DNA from: Synergistales bacterium
GTDB taxonomy: Bacteria > Synergistota > Synergistia > Synergistales > JAFGMB01
DNA: 64,000 nucleotides
Direction: 5' to 3'
Assembly (NCBI GenBank): GCA_963666205.1
Contig: OY762654.1
Location: 128,001 to 192,000, forward strand
Numbering within the stretch: position 1 is the first letter of the stretch; every line of letters begins with the position of its first letter. The notes under the pieces were generated by a model. That model was not told where the DNA came from. It searched no databases and worked only from the letters and a program-made list of their open reading frames with translations. Shown in pieces: positions 20,274 to 29,924 of the stretch. Position numbers and translations under genes: made by a program.

Positions 20274-23063
20274 TTAACTATTCATAACAAAAGAACAGCG
20301 GGGGCATAATCCTCCTCCATCCGTTTCTTCTGAATATTTCCAGCACCTTGGGCATTTCTGACCTGGAGCTTTATTGATCCCTATTTTAAGGCCGGTTTCC
20401 TCATCATGAAAAACAACAGAACAGTTCTTTACATCAGTTTCACCAGCAGTCTCAAAATCCGAAACGATGTTCAGAGTTTCCCATTCAATTTCTGAACAGG
20501 AGTTGAGAACGTTAGTATAATCTCCTGGAAGTATTTTGACCTGTGCTTCAAGAGGATGGCCTATCAGACCTTCAGCTCGTGCCTTTTCAAGAGCTCTGCT
20601 TAATGTCCCTTTGACATTGATAATGCCTGACCATTTTTTATCAAGTTCATTATTTATCATATTATCATCTTTTTGGGGCCAGTCAGCAAGGAATACACTT
20701 TCAGGAAGTGTCACATCGATCTTGAGAATTTCCTGCCATGTTTCTTCGGTTGTAAAGCTCAGAACAGGTGCAAGTAGTCTCGTAAGTGTAGTAAGTACAG
20801 ACCAGAGTACTGTCTGACAACCTCGTCTTGTTACACTATCCTTGCCATCAGCATAGAGACGGTCTTTGCTTGCATCAAGGTAGAATGCACTAAGTTCATT
20901 TACACAGAACTGGTGAATTATGAAAGTGGGCACATGAAATTCATATTCATCATATGCTTTTGTTGTTTTTCCTATGATCTGATTAAGCTGGGATAGAATC
21001 CACTTATCCATATCATGAAGGTCCTCATAAGAAACACTGTGTTCAGATGGAACAAAGTCAGATAGATTACCGAGAAGAAATCGAACGGTATTCCTTATTC
21101 TTCTATAGGATTCAGTAAGGTTCTTGATGATCCCATCGGATATCCGAACATCGTTCCTATAATCCGTAGATGCCACCCATAATCTGAGAATATCGGCACC
21201 AAACTTGTCGATGATCTCTTGTGGTTTAATCACATTACCAATAGATTTGGACATTTTTTTGCCATCTCCGTCAACAATAAAACCATGAGTAAGGACTTGC
21301 TCATAGGGAGCGCTTGCTCTGGTAGCAACGGAGGTTAACAGAGAAGTCTGGAACCACCCGCGATGCTGGTCGCTACCCTCGAGGTAGAGTTCTGCTGGCC
21401 AGTGAAGTTCATCCCTTGTTTCAAGAACGGCAAAGTGGCTTACACCTGAATCAAACCAGACGTCCATTATATCCCTGTCTTTTTTTAGATGTCTGCTATT
21501 ACAGTGGGGGCAGAAAGCAAGATCTCCGAGGAGATCTTCAGGTGACAGTTCCCACCATATGCTGGATCCATGTTCTTTAACCTTTTCCTGAACTTTTCTG
21601 ATCCGGTCTGGCACAAGGATTACCTTGCCGCAATCCTCACAGTAAAAAGCTGGAATAGGTACTCCCCAAATCCTCTGGCGACTGATACACCAGTCCGACC
21701 TGTCTCTTACCATATTGAAAATGCGATCTTTACCCCACTCAGGTATCCACTTTACGTGATTGTCTATTATATCAAGGGCTGAGTCTCTGAATTTGTTAAC
21801 ATTCACAAACCATTGATCTGTGGATCTGAATATAACGGGTTTTTTACAACGCCAGCAATGAGGGTAGGAATGCATCAATTTCTTATGTCCAAGAAGTCTA
21901 CCGGAATCTTTAAGGAGTTGAAGTACAATTGAAGCTCCCTCCTCAATTGATCTTCCGCCTACAATGGGTGTTTCGGGTACAAAATAACCTTTGTCATCTA
22001 CTGGATTATAGACCTTAATGCCATACTTAATACCTGTTTCGTAGTCTTCCACACCATGTCCGGGTGCAGTATGAACACAACCGGTTCCTTGATCAAGAAG
22101 TACATAATCTGCAAGAACAATCGGTATCTCTCTGCTCTCATAAAAAGGATGTCTTCCAACAATCCCCTCGAGTTCATGCCCCTTAAAACTGAAAAGAGGT
22201 TCAGAGAATTCCAGGCCAGTAAGTTCTTTCACAGTATCAAGGAGACCTTTCGCAACCATGTAAACCTTTCCTTCAGCTTTTACAAAGACATAGTCGAAAT
22301 TGGGGTTTATAGCCACAGCCATGCTTGCAGGAAGAGTCCATGGTGTAGTTGTCCAGACTATAACATTTACATCTTCTCCCTCAAGATCAGGTATGTGTGT
22401 TTCGATTTGTGGAATAGAATAAGCGACAAATATTGAGGGGGAAGATTCATCCCAATACTCTATCTCTGCAGTGGCAAGTGCTGTCTGGCAGTCAATGCAC
22501 CAGTAGACCGGCTTTTTCCCTTTATAGACAAGATCCTTTTCGACCATGTCTGCAAAAGCACCTATCTGGGCTGCCTCGTACTCTGGGTTGAGCGTCATGT
22601 AGGGATCATCCCAGTCACCTATAACACCAAGTCTTTTGAATTCCTCTCTCTGAATATCCCGGAACTTGTAAGCATATTCCGTGCATTCCCGGCGCAATTC
22701 AACTGGTTCAAGTTCATCCTTGGAAATTCCTTTGGATTTGAGTACATGAAGCTCAATAGGGAGACCATGGGTATCCCAACCAGGAACGTAAGGTGAAAAA
22801 TATCCTCTCATCCATTTATATTTTGGAATAAAATCTTTGAGGATCTTGTTAAAAGCAGTTCCAATATGTATATTTCCATTGGCATATGGAGGACCATCGT
22901 GAAGAATGAAGGATTTACAATTCTTTCTTGATTCGATCAGTTTCCTGTAAAGATCGATATCGTACCAGAATTTGAGGAAATCCGGTTCTCTTGTGGCAAG
23001 GTTTGCCCTCATCGGAAACGATGTTTTGGGCAGATTAAGAGTATCTTTGTAGTCTACAGGCAT
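20274..23063 (-). CDS. ileS: Isoleucine--tRNA ligase (type 1)
   Basis: HDGPPYANG, HIGT, WCISRQR, GSDQHRGWF, KMSKS, C-terminal CPRCW zinc finger. Confidence 0.97.
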   Translation of the reverse strand: MPVDYKDTLNLPKTSFPMRANLATREPDFLKFWYDIDLYRKLIESRKNCKSFILHDGPPYANGNIHIGTAFNKILKDFIPKYKWMRGYFSPYVPGWDTHGLPIELHVLKSKGISKDELEPVELRRECTEYAYKFRDIQREEFKRLGVIGDWDDPYMTLNPEYEAAQIGAFADMVEKDLVYKGKKPVYWCIDCQTALATAEIEYWDESSPSIFVAYSIPQIETHIPDLEGEDVNVIVWTTTPWTLPASMAVAINPNFDYVFVKAEGKVYMVAKGLLDTVKELTGLEFSEPLFSFKGHELEGIVGRHPFYESREIPIVLADYVLLDQGTGCVHTAPGHGVEDYETGIKYGIKVYNPVDDKGYFVPETPIVGGRSIEEGASIVLQLLKDSGRLLGHKKLMHSYPHCWRCKKPVIFRSTDQWFVNVNKFRDSALDIIDNHVKWIPEWGKDRIFNMVRDRSDWCISRQRIWGVPIPAFYCEDCGKVILVPDRIRKVQEKVKEHGSSIWWELSPEDLLGDLAFCPHCNSRHLKKDRDIMDVWFDSGVSHFAVLETRDELHWPAELYLEGSDQHRGWFQTSLLTSVATRASAPYEQVLTHGFIVDGDGKKMSKSIGNVIKPQEIIDKFGADILRLWVASTDYRNDVRISDGIIKNLTESYRRIRNTVRFLLGNLSDFVPSEHSVSYEDLHDMDKWILSQLNQIIGKTTKAYDEYEFHVPTFIIHQFCVNELSAFYLDASKDRLYADGKDSVTRRGCQTVLWSVLTTLTRLLAPVLSFTTEETWQEILKIDVTLPESVFLADWPQKDDNMINNELDKKWSGIINVKGTLSRALEKARAEGLIGHPLEAQVKILPGDYTNVLNSCSEIEWETLNIVSDFETAGETDVKNCSVVFHDEETGLKIGINKAPGQKCPRCWKYSEETDGGGLCPRCSFVMNS

Positions 23064-23083
23064 GTGGAGTTTCTCCCCTCTCT

Positions 23084-23118
23084 AAATAGGAAAATGCCGT
23101 CCCCCATGGGGAGACGGC
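23084..23118 (-). terminator. Terminator-like hairpin directly upstream of the ileS RBS
   Basis: gccgtctccc-cat-gggggacggc followed by attttcctattt. Confidence 0.6.
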
Positions 23119-23176
23119 TTATATACCATGCTTACAGCATTTTAACACAAATTCTGGGTATAGGACCAGAAAACCA

Positions 23177-25144
23177 TCACTCCGTCATGGTATTTGCTTT
23201 TTTAAGCCTGACAACCTGAAGCAAGTGCATTGTTCCAAGAATCACCAGACCCGTAATGTCAGTCTGTATACCAGGGATAAGCAGACTAAGGGCTCCACCG
23301 AAACAAAGGATCCTTTGCCACCAGTCAAGCTTCATCTTATAGAAGCCGATCGACCCCATCCCGAGGAGGAAAACACCCAGAATTGCGGTAATTATAGCCA
23401 AAGTGAATGGTAAAGGCTGGAACCCGACCAGGACAAGCATGGGATTATAAACATATATATACGGGACAAGGAATCCAGCCAGAGCAAGTTTCACGGCTGT
23501 GGCGCCAGTCTTCATTGGTTCGGCACCCGCAATTCCTGCTCCCGCATAGGCAGCCAATGCAACTGGAGGACTCAGGTCTGCTGCAATACCGAAATAAAGA
23601 ACAAACATGTATGCTGCCATAGGTGGTACATCAAGCTGGAACAGGGCAGGTGCGCACATAGTGCTGGTCACAATGAAGTTGGCTGTGGTAGGAAGTCCTG
23701 CACCTAGAAGTATGCATGCGACCATGGTAAGAAGAAGAGATGGTAAAAGTTTTCCGCCTGCAATAGCTACAATAGCCCCGGCAATTCTCAGGCCGAGGCC
23801 TGTAAGAGTGGCAGTTCCTACAATAATACCTACAGTAGCACAAGCACATGCTACAGCCAGAGCCCCCCTGGCACCGCTTTCAAGGGCTTCTTTCAACTTA
23901 ACAGGGGTTAACATGGTTTCCTTATTCAAATATGATACGGCAACAGTGATAAGGATACCATAATAAGCAGCTTTTAAAGGAGTATAACCCGTCAGCAGGA
24001 AATAAACGATCCCGAAAAGAGGTAAAAGGAGATGTCCCTTTGTTCTTAAAAGTGTCCAGAGTTTAGGAAGCCTGTTACGGGGAAGTCCTTTGAGACCAAG
24101 CCTAGAGGCTTCAAGATGGACCTGGATCAAAACTGCAAAATAATAAAGAAGGGCCGGAACTATGGCTGCAAGGGCAACTTTGATATATGGTACACCCAGA
24201 AATTCAGCCATAATAAACGCAGCAGCACCCATAACTGGTGGCATGATCTGTCCTCCCGTTGAGGCAACTGCTTCCACTGCTCCTGCAAAATAAGGCTTAT
24301 ATCCGACACTTTTCATTAATGGAATAGTAAACATACCAGTTGTGCAGACGTTGGCCACGGAAGATCCTGAGATAGAGCCCATTAAACCTGAACTCAAGAC
24401 TGCAACCTTCGCCGGTCCACCAGTAGCATGACCTGCGAGTGCCATTGCAAGATCTATTATAAATCGGCCCATTCCGGTCTGTTCAAGAAAAGAACCAAAC
24501 AGAATGAACATGAAAACAAATGTTGCAGAAACAGCAAGGGGAATGCCGAATACACCCTCGGTTCCCATGTACATATGGTTGATTATGCGGGTAAAGTTAA
24601 ATCCTCTGTGCTGGAACATTTCAGGGAATTGTCTTCCGAAATAACAATAGAACAGGAAAAAGATTGCAATACAGGGAAGAATTGGACTGGAAACCCTTCT
24701 TGTTGCCTCAAGGAGAAGAACTATTCCGATGAATCCAACTATCAGATCTGTTTGAGTGGGAAGGCCGGCTCGATAGACCATCTGTTCAAAATTGAAGACC
24801 ATGTAAAGGGTAACACCAGCCCCAAGAATTGCTAGAATGTAGTCGTACCAAGGTATATCTTTTCTTGAACATTTATCAGAAAATGGATAAAGAAGAAAAA
24901 CTAGTACAAGGACAAAGGCCAGATGAATGGCTCTTTGTTTCATAGCAAGAAGGAGCCCGAACCCCGATGTATACAGATGAAATAATGACATCGAGACAGC
25001 AATGACGGTTATTATAAGAGCTTGCCAGCCGATGAGAGATCTGTTGCGGGCCTCAGTATCGAACTGTCTCCTGAGTTCATCCAGATCAATGGTACTTTCA
25101 TTTTTTTCTAAAATGGTTTCTGATATATTTTGCGAATTCGCCAT
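23177..25144 (-). CDS. TRAP transporter fused 4TM/12TM permease (TAXI type)
   Basis: GGPAKVAV, ISGSSVANV, EAVASTGGQIMPPVMG, GLPTTANF and PPVALAA motifs. ATG 25144 behind a G-rich RBS. Confidence 0.92.
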   Translation of the reverse strand: MANSQNISETILEKNESTIDLDELRRQFDTEARNRSLIGWQALIITVIAVSMSLFHLYTSGFGLLLAMKQRAIHLAFVLVLVFLLYPFSDKCSRKDIPWYDYILAILGAGVTLYMVFNFEQMVYRAGLPTQTDLIVGFIGIVLLLEATRRVSSPILPCIAIFFLFYCYFGRQFPEMFQHRGFNFTRIINHMYMGTEGVFGIPLAVSATFVFMFILFGSFLEQTGMGRFIIDLAMALAGHATGGPAKVAVLSSGLMGSISGSSVANVCTTGMFTIPLMKSVGYKPYFAGAVEAVASTGGQIMPPVMGAAAFIMAEFLGVPYIKVALAAIVPALLYYFAVLIQVHLEASRLGLKGLPRNRLPKLWTLLRTKGHLLLPLFGIVYFLLTGYTPLKAAYYGILITVAVSYLNKETMLTPVKLKEALESGARGALAVACACATVGIIVGTATLTGLGLRIAGAIVAIAGGKLLPSLLLTMVACILLGAGLPTTANFIVTSTMCAPALFQLDVPPMAAYMFVLYFGIAADLSPPVALAAYAGAGIAGAEPMKTGATAVKLALAGFLVPYIYVYNPMLVLVGFQPLPFTLAIITAILGVFLLGMGSIGFYKMKLDWWQRILCFGGALSLLIPGIQTDITGLVILGTMHLLQVVRLKKANTMTE

Positions 25145-25210
25145 TAATGTTACCCCCCCCAAGGATATTCCTAACATTAAAGATCATGAAAAATAACAAT
25201 GGTAAAAATT

Positions 25211-25735
25211 CTATTTATTTTCAAGTAAAAGAGTTGTCCCCTCTTCAAGAATAACTTTTATCAGTGGTTCTCGAATTACTTGAAACCTGAGTAGATGATC
25301 GGGCCATGAACTGTAAAGATCCATTCGTCTAAAAGGTGACAGGCTCATCCAGTTCTGACCAAGTTCAGAATTTCCAACACGAAGGTTTAACGTTTGCCAG
25401 CTATATCTCCCCCCCCTTACATACATCCATTTCCTATCACTGGAGAAACTACCGTTCCTTGGCGCTGCAACTGGCAATCCTGCATTGTGAGAAACTACCC
25501 TTTCCTCCCAGAGCCACAGTTTTGAGTCAAGAATTCTGTAATCATCCTCTACAGGCGTTAATTGGACTGAATGAATATATCCGGTACGTAAAGTCTGTCC
25601 TGACGAAACAGGCAAAGAAAATAACAAAGTGTTTTGTGTAAAAACACTTAATTTGTTGACTGGAGAACAGAAAATTACGACCAAACTGAGTATCATAACG
25701 AGAATAAGAAGTTTTTTGCCAAGTCCTGTGTTCAT
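25211..25735 (-). CDS. DUF1850 domain protein
   Basis: YIHSVQLTPVED and SHNAGLP motifs, N-terminal TM; the usual neighbour of TAXI-TRAP. ATG 25735 preferred over the ORF-track 25924. Confidence 0.8.
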   Translation of the reverse strand: MNTGLGKKLLILVMILSLVVIFCSPVNKLSVFTQNTLLFSLPVSSGQTLRTGYIHSVQLTPVEDDYRILDSKLWLWEERVVSHNAGLPVAAPRNGSFSSDRKWMYVRGGRYSWQTLNLRVGNSELGQNWMSLSPFRRMDLYSSWPDHLLRFQVIREPLIKVILEEGTTLLLENK

Positions 25736-26039
25736 ATTCTTTTCCACACTTCCTGAAAATGCAATAGCTGAAATTATGTGATTGCATTTTCCCCTGAGCT
25801 TGCCAGAGATCAGATAAAGACCTATAGTCTGTTTTCCAGAAAGATATTGTATCAAGATAAAGCTCCAAGAACAAATACATATACAACATATTGCATAAAA
25901 TAATACAGTATTTGCCAGATCCATTTGATATTATTCATCCTGTTTACCGATAAAGTCTCCAAGATCATGTTTTCTGTAATCTTAGTACTAACGTGCATCC
26001 ACATACTCTGAGAATCCTAGCCTCGGCTTGAATGCATTC

Positions 26040-26452
26040 GGTTATACCCGTACCGATAAAATAGAGATATATCTACTAGTGTACCTTCTAGACAAGTTTC
26101 TCCTGAAGACTGGATAGATGAATTGTCTGATATTTGAGTAGACGATCCCTATTTTACGTGTAAATCCCCTTCTCCAGTATCCAGGAAAAGAATGATCAAG
26201 GGTTTTACGAAGGAAGATCTAGGTCGCAGGATTTTCACAACTACCAGGGTGTTCAACGTGAAGTAAAGAACGGGTTTCCATTTATTACAATAAATGTCTG
26301 GAAATCGGGAATGGAAGAGGAGGCTAATCCTTTTAGAGTCCTTAATTGTTCTGTGACTTTCCCTTCAGTTTTTCTGAAGTGGAGAAAATCATCAGGATTT
26401 CCTCCAGGGGAGGAGAATCTTTCCTTAAAGGAATTACATTATAGCTGTTCAT
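26040..26452 (-). pseudogene. Degraded tyrosine recombinase/integrase, N-terminal core-binding region (left boundary approximate)
   Basis: Hand translation across frameshifts: MNSYNVIPLRKDSPPLEEILMIFSTSEKLKGKS / RTIKDSKRISLLFHSRFPD / NPAT*IFLRKTL / SFFSWILEKGIYT*N. Starts 135 bp from the tRNA-Arg 3' end. Confidence 0.6.
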
Positions 26453-26491
26453 AAAAAAAGACCTCTTATCACATGAATAAGAAGTCTTTTT
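26453..26491. terminator. Bidirectional terminator-like hairpin downstream of tRNA-Arg(CCT)
   Basis: aaaaagacctcttat-cacatga-ataagaagtcttttt. Confidence 0.65.
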
Positions 26492-26586
26492 GAGTACTTG
26501 GCAGCAAACTATTCTATAACATGCAATCACTGTAGTATAAGGAATTACACGGTGTTATTTCTGTTGTCTCGAGACATAATACAAAA

Positions 26587-26662
<76 letters not shown>

Positions 26663-26676
26663 GCAGAACGGCGATT

Positions 26677-26705
26677 ATCTTATCATTTGTTTGTTTTATA
26701 TTCAA
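26677..26705 (-). promoter_or_regulatory. Putative promoter of tRNA-Arg(CCT)
   Basis: TTGAAT-17 nt-TAAGAT with an extended TG; the -35 overlaps the ribF stop. Confidence 0.6.
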
Positions 26706-27664
26706 CCCGGTAAAACTTTTTTTTGATCTGTTGCAAGCTGGATAGCATTGGAAAAAAGCGAAAAGAAATTCTGGTTTTCATGGACGTGATTTTCGTATAC
26801 CTGTCTCACTACATCTGAATCGTCTCTGATCTGATGTCTGAGTTCTTCAATGGTTTTGAAAGCAAGTTCTCCTCTTAACCTTTTCAAAAAAACCAGATGA
26901 ATTGTTCTGCCATAAATATCACCGATAAAATCTAGTATATGTGCTTCGATACGAAGTTTTTCCAATGTGGCAAAAGTTGGGTTATATCCTATATTCACTG
27001 CTGAGGGCCACCATTTATCATCTATAAAGACTGCCGAGGCATAAACTCCTTCAGCAGGTACTGCCTTATGGGGATCCCGGTAAAGATTAGCTGTAGGATA
27101 TCCCAGTTTTCTTCCCCGCATATCCCCTTTTATTACCTTGCCTGTGATAAAGAAATCATAACCCAGCAGATTACTGGCCTTCATAACTTCTCCGCAACTT
27201 ACAAGTCCTCTTATCATGGTACTGCTTATTATTGTCCCAGATACTTTAATTGGTGAAACATGGGAGAAAAACAGGTCTTTTCTTGAAGCATAATTCTGGA
27301 GAAAATCTATATTTCCTGTTCTCCCGCGGCCGAATCTGAAATTATCTCCTACGACGATACCTGATAATGGAAAATCCCTTGAGATCTTATCAAGGAATTG
27401 CTCAGGCTGAAGACTGGCAAGTTTCTCATTGAAAGGAATGGTAATAACTTGTGTAATATCAAGGTATCTTGATATTACAGTCTTTTCTTCTTCAGTAAAA
27501 AGAAGTTTTGCTTTTTCAGGAGAGAAAATAAGGTTTGGGTGGGGTGTAAAAGTCATCACTGCCCAGCTAGTGCCAGATCTAAGGGCAAGTTTTTTCGCTT
27601 CTTTAAAAAGCGACTGGTGACCTTTATGAAAACCATCAAATGATCCAAGGACAACTATCATCAT
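26702..27664 (-). CDS. ribF: Bifunctional riboflavin kinase/FAD synthetase
   Basis: GSFDGFHKGHQ, GYPTAN, NIGYNPTF and EAHILDF. Confidence 0.95.
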   Translation of the reverse strand: MMIVVLGSFDGFHKGHQSLFKEAKKLALRSGTSWAVMTFTPHPNLIFSPEKAKLLFTEEEKTVISRYLDITQVITIPFNEKLASLQPEQFLDKISRDFPLSGIVVGDNFRFGRGRTGNIDFLQNYASRKDLFFSHVSPIKVSGTIISSTMIRGLVSCGEVMKASNLLGYDFFITGKVIKGDMRGRKLGYPTANLYRDPHKAVPAEGVYASAVFIDDKWWPSAVNIGYNPTFATLEKLRIEAHILDFIGDIYGRTIHLVFLKRLRGELAFKTIEELRHQIRDDSDVVRQVYENHVHENQNFFSLFSNAIQLATDQKKVLPG

Positions 27665-28584
27665 TTTTCTCCAGTCAGAAAAATGTTTGTCTTAGGTTTG
27701 ACAAATGCTTTATTATCTTGAGTCAGGATATTACCAAATGAAATAATATCATTTCCCTCCAATACGACTGAAAAAGAAGAAGGAATCCTGCCCCATCGTA
27801 TACGATGAAGGGTTTCAAGACTTACAGCATTACCGTTTCGGACAGTGTCGGTAAGAAATAAGGGTATCCTGTAACTTGTATATTCAGCAAGAACAGTTTC
27901 CATCGGTTGGACTACACCAGGTATAGATTGACTGTCCAGTTCATCAAGGTTATGGATACAGTTGGGATTGCAAAGATCAAAGTTGCCGATTCTAGTTCTC
28001 GTGAGTCCTGAAACGTAGGCTCCGCATCCAAGAGACTTCCCGAGATCCCGAGCTAAACTGCGAATGTATGTACCTTTGTGACAATATACTCGAAGAAAGA
28101 TCTCACTGGCATAAGGACAGAGAGATCTTTCAATTCTCGAAATAGAAACAGGACGCGGTAATATCTTGAAATCCATGCCTTCTCTTGACATTCTGTGAGC
28201 TCTTTGACCGTCAATCTTTACGGCCGATATTTGTGGAGGTATCTGCATCCTGACTCCCTGAAATGAACGGATGGCCGCTTCCACGTTTTCAGGTAGAATT
28301 GAACCTATTCTGGTTCTGGCCAGAACGTTACCTGTGTAATCATCAGTATCAGTTTCCATACCTAGTACGATGCTCACTTCATAGATCTTGGGAAGTTCCA
28401 TCAGATACTGACTCAAACGGGTGGCTGCACCTATCAATACTATAAGTATTCCTCCAGCTGGGGAGTCCAGGGTACCAGCATGTCCAACCTTTATTCTTTT
28501 CCCAAGAATTGTTTTCACCCGGTTAACGCAATATGTGCTCCTGGTCCCGATCGGTTTATTCAGTACAATTATCCCTGACAGCAT
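27661..28584 (-). CDS. truB: tRNA pseudouridine(55) synthase
   Basis: LNKP, VGHAGTLD, TDTDD.TG and GTYIRSLARD; start reassigned to ATG 28584. Confidence 0.93.
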   Translation of the reverse strand: MLSGIIVLNKPIGTRSTYCVNRVKTILGKRIKVGHAGTLDSPAGGILIVLIGAATRLSQYLMELPKIYEVSIVLGMETDTDDYTGNVLARTRIGSILPENVEAAIRSFQGVRMQIPPQISAVKIDGQRAHRMSREGMDFKILPRPVSISRIERSLCPYASEIFLRVYCHKGTYIRSLARDLGKSLGCGAYVSGLTRTRIGNFDLCNPNCIHNLDELDSQSIPGVVQPMETVLAEYTSYRIPLFLTDTVRNGNAVSLETLHRIRWGRIPSSFSVVLEGNDIISFGNILTQDNKAFVKPKTNIFLTGEK

Positions 28585-29566
28585 ATCTTTTCGAGATTTC
28601 CTCCAGAATCTGGCGCTTCGCCATTTCAAGATCCATTTCCAGGGTACAACCCGCTGCTGGAATGTGACCTCCCCCGCCAAAGATCTGCGCGATCTCACGG
28701 GCCGAGATCTTTCCACAAGATCTGAGGCTTATTCGTACCTTTTCTTTTTCCTGAACGAATAGCACAGCAAAATCGATGTTTTTAAGGAAAAGGAATCTGC
28801 TTACGAGATTCTCTGTGTCTGTTTGATCTGCTCTTGTTTCCAGAAAGTCCTCTGTTCTGAGCCAAGAAAATATACATGTTTTGTGAATTCTGGTAGCCCT
28901 GGAAAATGCCCGTCCCCAGAGATACAAGGCAGAAAGAGTCTGATTCTGGAATATCAGCTGATTCATTCTGGCTGGATCAACACCACAAGAAATAAGATTG
29001 GCCGCCGCCAAGTGAGTGGTTTCTGATGTATTGGGATATGAAAACTTTCCACAGTCGGTAATTATAGCAGTATAAAGAGCCTCCGCCATTTGTTTTGTTA
29101 TCGGTATCATATTTTCTGTGAAAAATCTCCACATAATTTCCCCGGTTGATGAACTTTGAGGATCAACATGGACTAAATTGCCATACCTGGAATTGTCACC
29201 ATGGTGATCTATATTTATAACAAGTCGTGGGGATAGTGGTCCTTTTGAGTCTAAACCGGGAACAGATCGGTCAATATTACTGGTGTCCAGGACAACAGCG
29301 ATATAACTTTCATTGATCTGCAGATCAGAAACATTGAAAAGTCTCACATAATTGTCAGACAATGACAGATACGAATATGAAGGGGGGAAGTTATCAGCTC
29401 CACCCCAGTAAACCGTTTTCCCTGCATCTCTTCCGAACTGAGCAAGCGCACTGGCAGATCCAAGGGTATCTCCATCAGGTTTAATATGACTAATGATCAA
29501 CCAGGTTCCGAAGGTTTCGAGATAATCATATATCTTCTTCAGTACATTCCAGCTCTGCATTTTCAA
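28556..29566 (-). CDS. nrnA: DHH family bifunctional oligoribonuclease/PAP phosphatase
   Basis: HIKPDGD, IDHH and GGGGH motifs; sits between rbfA and truB. Confidence 0.88.
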   Translation of the reverse strand: MKMQSWNVLKKIYDYLETFGTWLIISHIKPDGDTLGSASALAQFGRDAGKTVYWGGADNFPPSYSYLSLSDNYVRLFNVSDLQINESYIAVVLDTSNIDRSVPGLDSKGPLSPRLVINIDHHGDNSRYGNLVHVDPQSSSTGEIMWRFFTENMIPITKQMAEALYTAIITDCGKFSYPNTSETTHLAAANLISCGVDPARMNQLIFQNQTLSALYLWGRAFSRATRIHKTCIFSWLRTEDFLETRADQTDTENLVSRFLFLKNIDFAVLFVQEKEKVRISLRSCGKISAREIAQIFGGGGHIPAAGCTLEMDLEMAKRQILEEISKRYAVRDNCTE

Positions 29567-29924
29567 CTATGGTTTTCTCCAACTGTTCTTCCAGGATACT
29601 ATCCAGTATCTTGTCAATTTCTCTTCCATATTCTTCACTGGTATCGATTCTGAAATGGAGCTCAGGTATCTGTCTTAAATGAAGTTGTTTCCCAAGCATT
29701 CCTCTGATCGACCCAGTTATCTTTTTAAGAGCCCTATGTACATCCCTCCGAATTTCTGTGTCCAGAGTGGTAAAGTACACTAATGCATGTCCAAGATCTC
29801 TGGAACAGTCAACGCCTGTTATGATGGCGAGTCTGGCGGTTTCATTCTTGATCCTGTACTCTAAAAGCAGAGAAATCTCCCTCTGAATCTGTTTGTTGAT
29901 TCTCTGCATACGAAAAGTCGTCAT
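29526..29924 (-). CDS. rbfA: Ribosome-binding factor A
   Basis: R..RIN.QIQREIS, SRDL and LRQIPELHF. Confidence 0.93.
   Translation of the reverse strand: MTTFRMQRINKQIQREISLLLEYRIKNETARLAIITGVDCSRDLGHALVYFTTLDTEIRRDVHRALKKITGSIRGMLGKQLHLRQIPELHFRIDTSEEYGREIDKILDSILEEQLEKTIVENAELECTEEDI

Noticed and set aside
25790..25800. 11-nt match (tcccctgagct) to tRNA-Arg(CCT) as a possible att duplication
   Set aside because: It matches the D-arm, not the 3' end expected for attR; I found no copy of the tRNA 3' end.
25736..25924. 63-aa N-terminal extension of DUF1850, and the overlapping 115-aa ORF 25542-25889
   Set aside because: No RBS or recognizable motif; the family-like sequence begins at Met 25735.
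26173..26199. LIILFLDTG read as the integrase catalytic box I
   Set aside because: The same bases give SFFSWILEKG in another frame, which fits the expected position (about residue 90) better.
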